Virus record (IMG/VR): IMGVR_UViG_3300029953_000021
Length of the DNA stretch: 20,000 bases
Strand: one strand, 5' to 3'
Source of the DNA: an uncultured virus (IMG/VR IMGVR_UViG_3300029953_000021)
Lineage: Duplodnaviria > Heunggongvirae > Uroviricota > Caudoviricetes > Schitoviridae
Under the pieces are notes generated by a model. It saw only the letters and a list, made by a program, of their open reading frames with translations, had not been told where the DNA came from and did not search any database. Both the position numbers and the translations under genes were made by a program. How positions within the stretch are numbered: the first letter of the stretch is position 1; each line of letters opens with the position of its first letter. Below are positions 16,507-20,000 of the stretch, piece after piece.

Positions 16507-18327
16507 ATGCCCACCCTGACCTGGCGTGATGTCGCCGCACCGGATTTCAACACTTCTCTCGGGGCTACGGCTCTTGCTGGGAGGTCGCTAAACAATGCTT
16601 TTGGCGGTCTGAGCGACAGTCTGGGCAAGTTCCACGACTGGCAACAGCAGCAAGCTGCGAGCGCTCTCGCCAACAACGAAGTTCAGTACCCGGATGCTCA
16701 GTCTCAGGCTGCTGCTGCTGCCGGTGGAGCTTTGTTCAATGGCGTCGACCGGTCCAATCTGACTCCCGATGCGCTCAAAGGCGTCGACAGTCGGGCTACG
16801 ACGCTCCTCAACAATGCCATGACGCAGGCTCAGTTGCCCTATGCCGGGGATCTAGCCAAGGCGAACGTGAACTCGATCAATGCTGGCACCGGTCAGACGA
16901 ACCTGAACACCAAGATTACGGGCAACAACTACGACGATCTGAACTCGGCTGCGAAAGTTACGGCCCAGATCACGCCCCAAGCGACGAACTTCGACGAAGC
17001 CAGCGCTCTCTTGGAAGCCCAGCGAGGTTCGCTCACCCCTGGAGCCTATTCCCGAGCCATGGAGGCTCTTCAGTCGAAGTATGCTCCGGGTGCGGCTGGT
17101 AATCCCAATGGAGCAGCTGGTGCGATTGCAGGCGCTGCCGGTGGCACCTCTGGTTCAGGAAACCTGATCTCCGACAATGCAGGCTTCATTGCGTCTATTC
17201 CGCCTGGGCCTTACGACCAGACTCGCAACTATGTGAACAAAATCGTCCCGAATCTTCCCGATCTGTCCGGCATGGACAATGACGCGAAGGCTGCGGCGAT
17301 CATGAGCGCTTTGAAGAACCAGGAGTCCTCTGGGCAGCAAATCGATCCGAAGACTGGTCAGACGATCACCTCGTCGAAGGGGGCAAAAGGTATCGCCCAG
17401 GTGATGCCTGCGACGTTTGCAGAGTTGAAGGCTGCCCATCCTGACATCAAGGGGGACATCAACGACCAAGCGTCAAATGAGCTTGCAGGTCAGTATTACC
17501 TCAAAGACCAGCTGGATCACTACAACGGCAACGTCCCCCAGGCGCTTGCTGCCTACAATGCTGGCCCTCATGCCGTTGATAAGTGGTTGGCGAACTCCCC
17601 CAATGCGATGCTCGAAGCCGAGCGTAATGCACAGATGCAAGCGACGGCTCTCACCAGCAAAGCAGGCCAGTTCGTCGGGCAGAATACGGCTCCAGGCATT
17701 GCCGGCCAGTACACTGAGCTCCAAAAAGACAATACGCCGATGGCGGATGTCGTGGCAGGCCTTAAGGGTCAGAAAGACGGGCAGTTTTCGACCATCGATC
17801 CGGATTTGATCCGGAATCCTCTGAACAAGATCTTGGACTACGCCGCCCAAGCCAAAGTACCCATGAACCCTGCGACTGCGGCGGCGCTACTCAACCGCTA
17901 TGGAAGCTATGCCGAAGGCGGTTGGCTCCATGGAAACCCCGGCCGAAACAGCATCAACCTGAACGATGCCGGTGTGAAAGCCGAGATCGCCAATATGGCT
18001 GATCCGGATGGCTTGGCCACGAAGTCTGTCCAGAACAACGCTGCAACGGCGCTCTCTCAGAGTGTTCAGGCTGCACAGGCCCAACAGCAAGCTGCTTTTG
18101 CGGCGGTGCAACAGGGTCAGCAGCGAGCGGCTCTTCATCCGGACTATGCGGGGCTCCCGGCTCTCCAGACGAAGTACAACCGTGCAAAAGAGCTGCTCTC
18201 TATAGCTGTAGGCAACCTCCAGAAGCAGAAATTGGTGCCGACCTATCCTGGTCGTCCTGGTTCGAGCAACGCTGCCTCGGCGATCTCTGGAGCGGTGGCT
18301 CCCGCTTCGAACGGCTTCAACAACTAA
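16507..18327 (+). CDS. N4 gp51-like ejection protein with lytic transglycosylase (SLT) domain
   Basis: GAGGA RBS; LTWRDVAAPDF N-terminus; SLT motifs QESSG (Glu 17323-17325), GAKGIAQVMP (from 17380), ALAAYNAG (to 17565); Ala/Gln-rich, no Cys; precedes the vRNAP gene. Confidence 0.85.
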   Translation: MPTLTWRDVAAPDFNTSLGATALAGRSLNNAFGGLSDSLGKFHDWQQQQAASALANNEVQYPDAQSQAAAAAGGALFNGVDRSNLTPDALKGVDSRATTLLNNAMTQAQLPYAGDLAKANVNSINAGTGQTNLNTKITGNNYDDLNSAAKVTAQITPQATNFDEASALLEAQRGSLTPGAYSRAMEALQSKYAPGAAGNPNGAAGAIAGAAGGTSGSGNLISDNAGFIASIPPGPYDQTRNYVNKIVPNLPDLSGMDNDAKAAAIMSALKNQESSGQQIDPKTGQTITSSKGAKGIAQVMPATFAELKAAHPDIKGDINDQASNELAGQYYLKDQLDHYNGNVPQALAAYNAGPHAVDKWLANSPNAMLEAERNAQMQATALTSKAGQFVGQNTAPGIAGQYTELQKDNTPMADVVAGLKGQKDGQFSTIDPDLIRNPLNKILDYAAQAKVPMNPATAAALLNRYGSYAEGGWLHGNPGRNSINLNDAGVKAEIANMADPDGLATKSVQNNAATALSQSVQAAQAQQQAAFAAVQQGQQRAALHPDYAGLPALQTKYNRAKELLSIAVGNLQKQKLVPTYPGRPGSSNAASAISGAVAPASNGFNN

Positions 18328-18357
18328 GTTATATCTAAATTGTAGTGAGTATATCTA

Positions 18358-18392
18358 GGAGGGCCTCGTGCAAACGGGGCCTTCTATTCGTT
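18358..18392 (+). terminator. Terminator-like hairpin with GCAA tetraloop
   Basis: GGAGGGCCTCGT-GCAA-ACGGGGCCTTCT (12 bp including G-U pairs), then ATTCGTT (weak U tract). Confidence 0.6.
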
Positions 18393-18444
18393 GAAGTCAG
18401 CCTATAGGGTCTTCGCAATTGTACCCTCCGGGTTGGACTTACTC

Positions 18445-20000
18445 ATGGCGAACGTGTCGGATCTGCTCAGCTCTGCACTCGGGACGAATCCGTCCCCGGT
18501 GCCGGCTTTCTCAGGGTCCGCTCCTGCACCTGTCCCGACACCCGTTCCCACTCCTCTGGTGAAGCAGGCGGCTGTCGCTCAGGCTGCTCCTGAGAAGCAA
18601 GCCGAGGTTGCTGCGGCTTCTGACTCCAAGAAAGTCGATATGGGGGGTCTGCCGGATAAGCAGACGTTCCTGAATGCAGCGATTGCTCGCCGCACGGGAT
18701 CGGGACTCAGTTCTGCGAACCCGGTCGAGAAGGATCTTGCGACCCTCGGACCCGACCAGATCATCCAGAAATATGGCCCTGAAGTCGGTCAGGGAATGCT
18801 CATTGGCTTGAACCAAGCAGGTGATGCTTACGATGGTCGAGCGACCAGCACTCCCGGTTCAATGCTCAAGGATGCTGCTCTCGGTCTCGGTCAGGGCGCT
18901 ATCGCCATCGGTGGCTTGGCCACTGTGCCCCTTGCAGCAGCGGATCTCGGCTTCAATGCGGCTGGTGTGAACACTCACATGGGCGTCTCCACCGCTCAGA
19001 TGCTGAAGAATGCCAGCGATTATGTGGGTGGGTTCAAGTCGATCGGGCTTCAGAACCAGACGAGTGCGAATGAAGATCGCACAGCTCTCGATATGCGAGA
19101 TAATGCTGCGGCTCAGGACACCCAGGACCAGGGTATCGCCCAGCAATACGTCGCTGACAAAGCCAATGGCGACAGTGACTTCGTTGCAGGGGCGAAGATC
19201 CGGGCTCGAACCCTCGCTGGGATGGCTGAGAACTTCGGATCTGACGCCTACGATGCCGTGAAGAACACGGTCCAGAACCCTGCCCTCTTGGCGGACAACA
19301 CCGCTCAGTTCGTTGGTTCGCTCATTGGGGCTGGCCCTACGGGCAAGACTTTCGGGGCTTTGAGCAAAGCAATCGTTCCCGAAGCGACTCGGCTCTCGAT
19401 CGGTTCAGAGGCTGCGATTGCTCGTGAATTGGGTTTGCCTTCGGTTTCTCGAGCCGCTGACGCTATCGGCAAAGCTCTTCCCAACGAGATGCTCACCAGC
19501 ATGGGCGCCGTGGAAGGCTCCAGCACCTATCAGAACACCTCGACCGACATCGCGAATACGGATCCCGCCGAGTTGGCGAAGACTTCGCCCATGTTCCGTG
19601 AGCTCGTTGCCGGTGGCATGAGTCCCGAAGATGCTCGCTACCAGGTGGCGAACAGGGCTGGTCTTCTTGCAGCGGCTGTGGCTGCCCCTCTTTCGATGGG
19701 TGTAGCCAAGGCCACCTCGATTGCTGACTTCGAGAAGCATCCTTTCTCGCTCAAGAGCTTTGCTCACGCTGGAGCCGATCTCCTCAAAGAAACCGTGCAT
19801 GAAGGTGGTCTCGGAGCGACGGACACGCTCTCGGAGAACATCGGCAAGCAACAGACAGCGAACCCCAACCAGGATCTCGGTGAGGGTGTTGCCCAGCAGA
19901 CGGGTCTTGCGGCCTTGGGTGGCTTCGGTTCTGCGGCGATCACTCAGGCTCCTTCGCTCACTGGCACGCCTCTCAAGATGGCCGGAAAAGCTGCCCTTTC
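18445..20000 (+). CDS. Virion-encapsidated RNA polymerase (N4 gp50-like), N-terminal 518 codons; runs off the window
   Basis: Hand translation from ATG 18445 (MANVSDLLSSALG...ELAKTSPMFRELVAGGMSPEDARYQVA...) shows no stop to 20000 and no Cys; position after the gp52/gp51 homologues. The catalytic domain lies outside the window. Confidence 0.82.
   Translation, partial: MANVSDLLSSALGTNPSPVPAFSGSAPAPVPTPVPTPLVKQAAVAQAAPEKQAEVAAASDSKKVDMGGLPDKQTFLNAAIARRTGSGLSSANPVEKDLATLGPDQIIQKYGPEVGQGMLIGLNQAGDAYDGRATSTPGSMLKDAALGLGQGAIAIGGLATVPLAAADLGFNAAGVNTHMGVSTAQMLKNASDYVGGFKSIGLQNQTSANEDRTALDMRDNAAAQDTQDQGIAQQYVADKANGDSDFVAGAKIRARTLAGMAENFGSDAYDAVKNTVQNPALLADNTAQFVGSLIGAGPTGKTFGALSKAIVPEATRLSIGSEAAIARELGLPSVSRAADAIGKALPNEMLTSMGAVEGSSTYQNTSTDIANTDPAELAKTSPMFRELVAGGMSPEDARYQVANRAGLLAAAVAAPLSMGVAKATSIADFEKHPFSLKSFAHAGADLLKETVHEGGLGATDTLSENIGKQQTANPNQDLGEGVAQQTGLAALGGFGSAAITQAPSLTGTPLKMAGKAAL

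Noticed and set aside
1..20000. tRNA, CRISPR array, intron/intein, alternative genetic code
   Set aside because: Intergenic gaps are short and explained; core genes are full length and uninterrupted in the standard code; no periodic repeats seen.

Overview
The window is the late (virion and lysis) region of an N4-like podovirus (Schitoviridae), with every credible gene on the + strand. Order: tail-fibre/adsorption module (108-3914); a 432-aa triple beta-sandwich protein; lysis genes (GH108 endolysin, 3TM-type holin, TM plus coiled-coil protein); then the conserved N4 block of portal (gp59-like), gp58-like, gp57-like, major capsid protein (gp56-like), gp55-, gp54-, gp53-, gp52- and gp51-like genes. 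The last 1.55 kb is an open, Cys-free ORF missing from the ORF track (18445 to window end), at the position of the virion RNA polymerase (gp50-like). Lysis, fibre and promoter features suggest an alphaproteobacterial host (inference). The most notable observations are: (1) an apparently circularly permuted lytic transglycosylase domain in the gp51-like ejection protein; (2) fibre genes with matching C-terminal domains and N-terminal peptides, suggesting a daisy-chained fibre; (3) two copies of a 9-11-9 palindrome in inverted orientation bracketing the fibre cassette; (4) recurring RBS-occluding hairpins containing a shared CAG(S)TATA motif; (5) charge-poor virion proteins. Family assignments come from motif recognition and synteny only; no searches were run.
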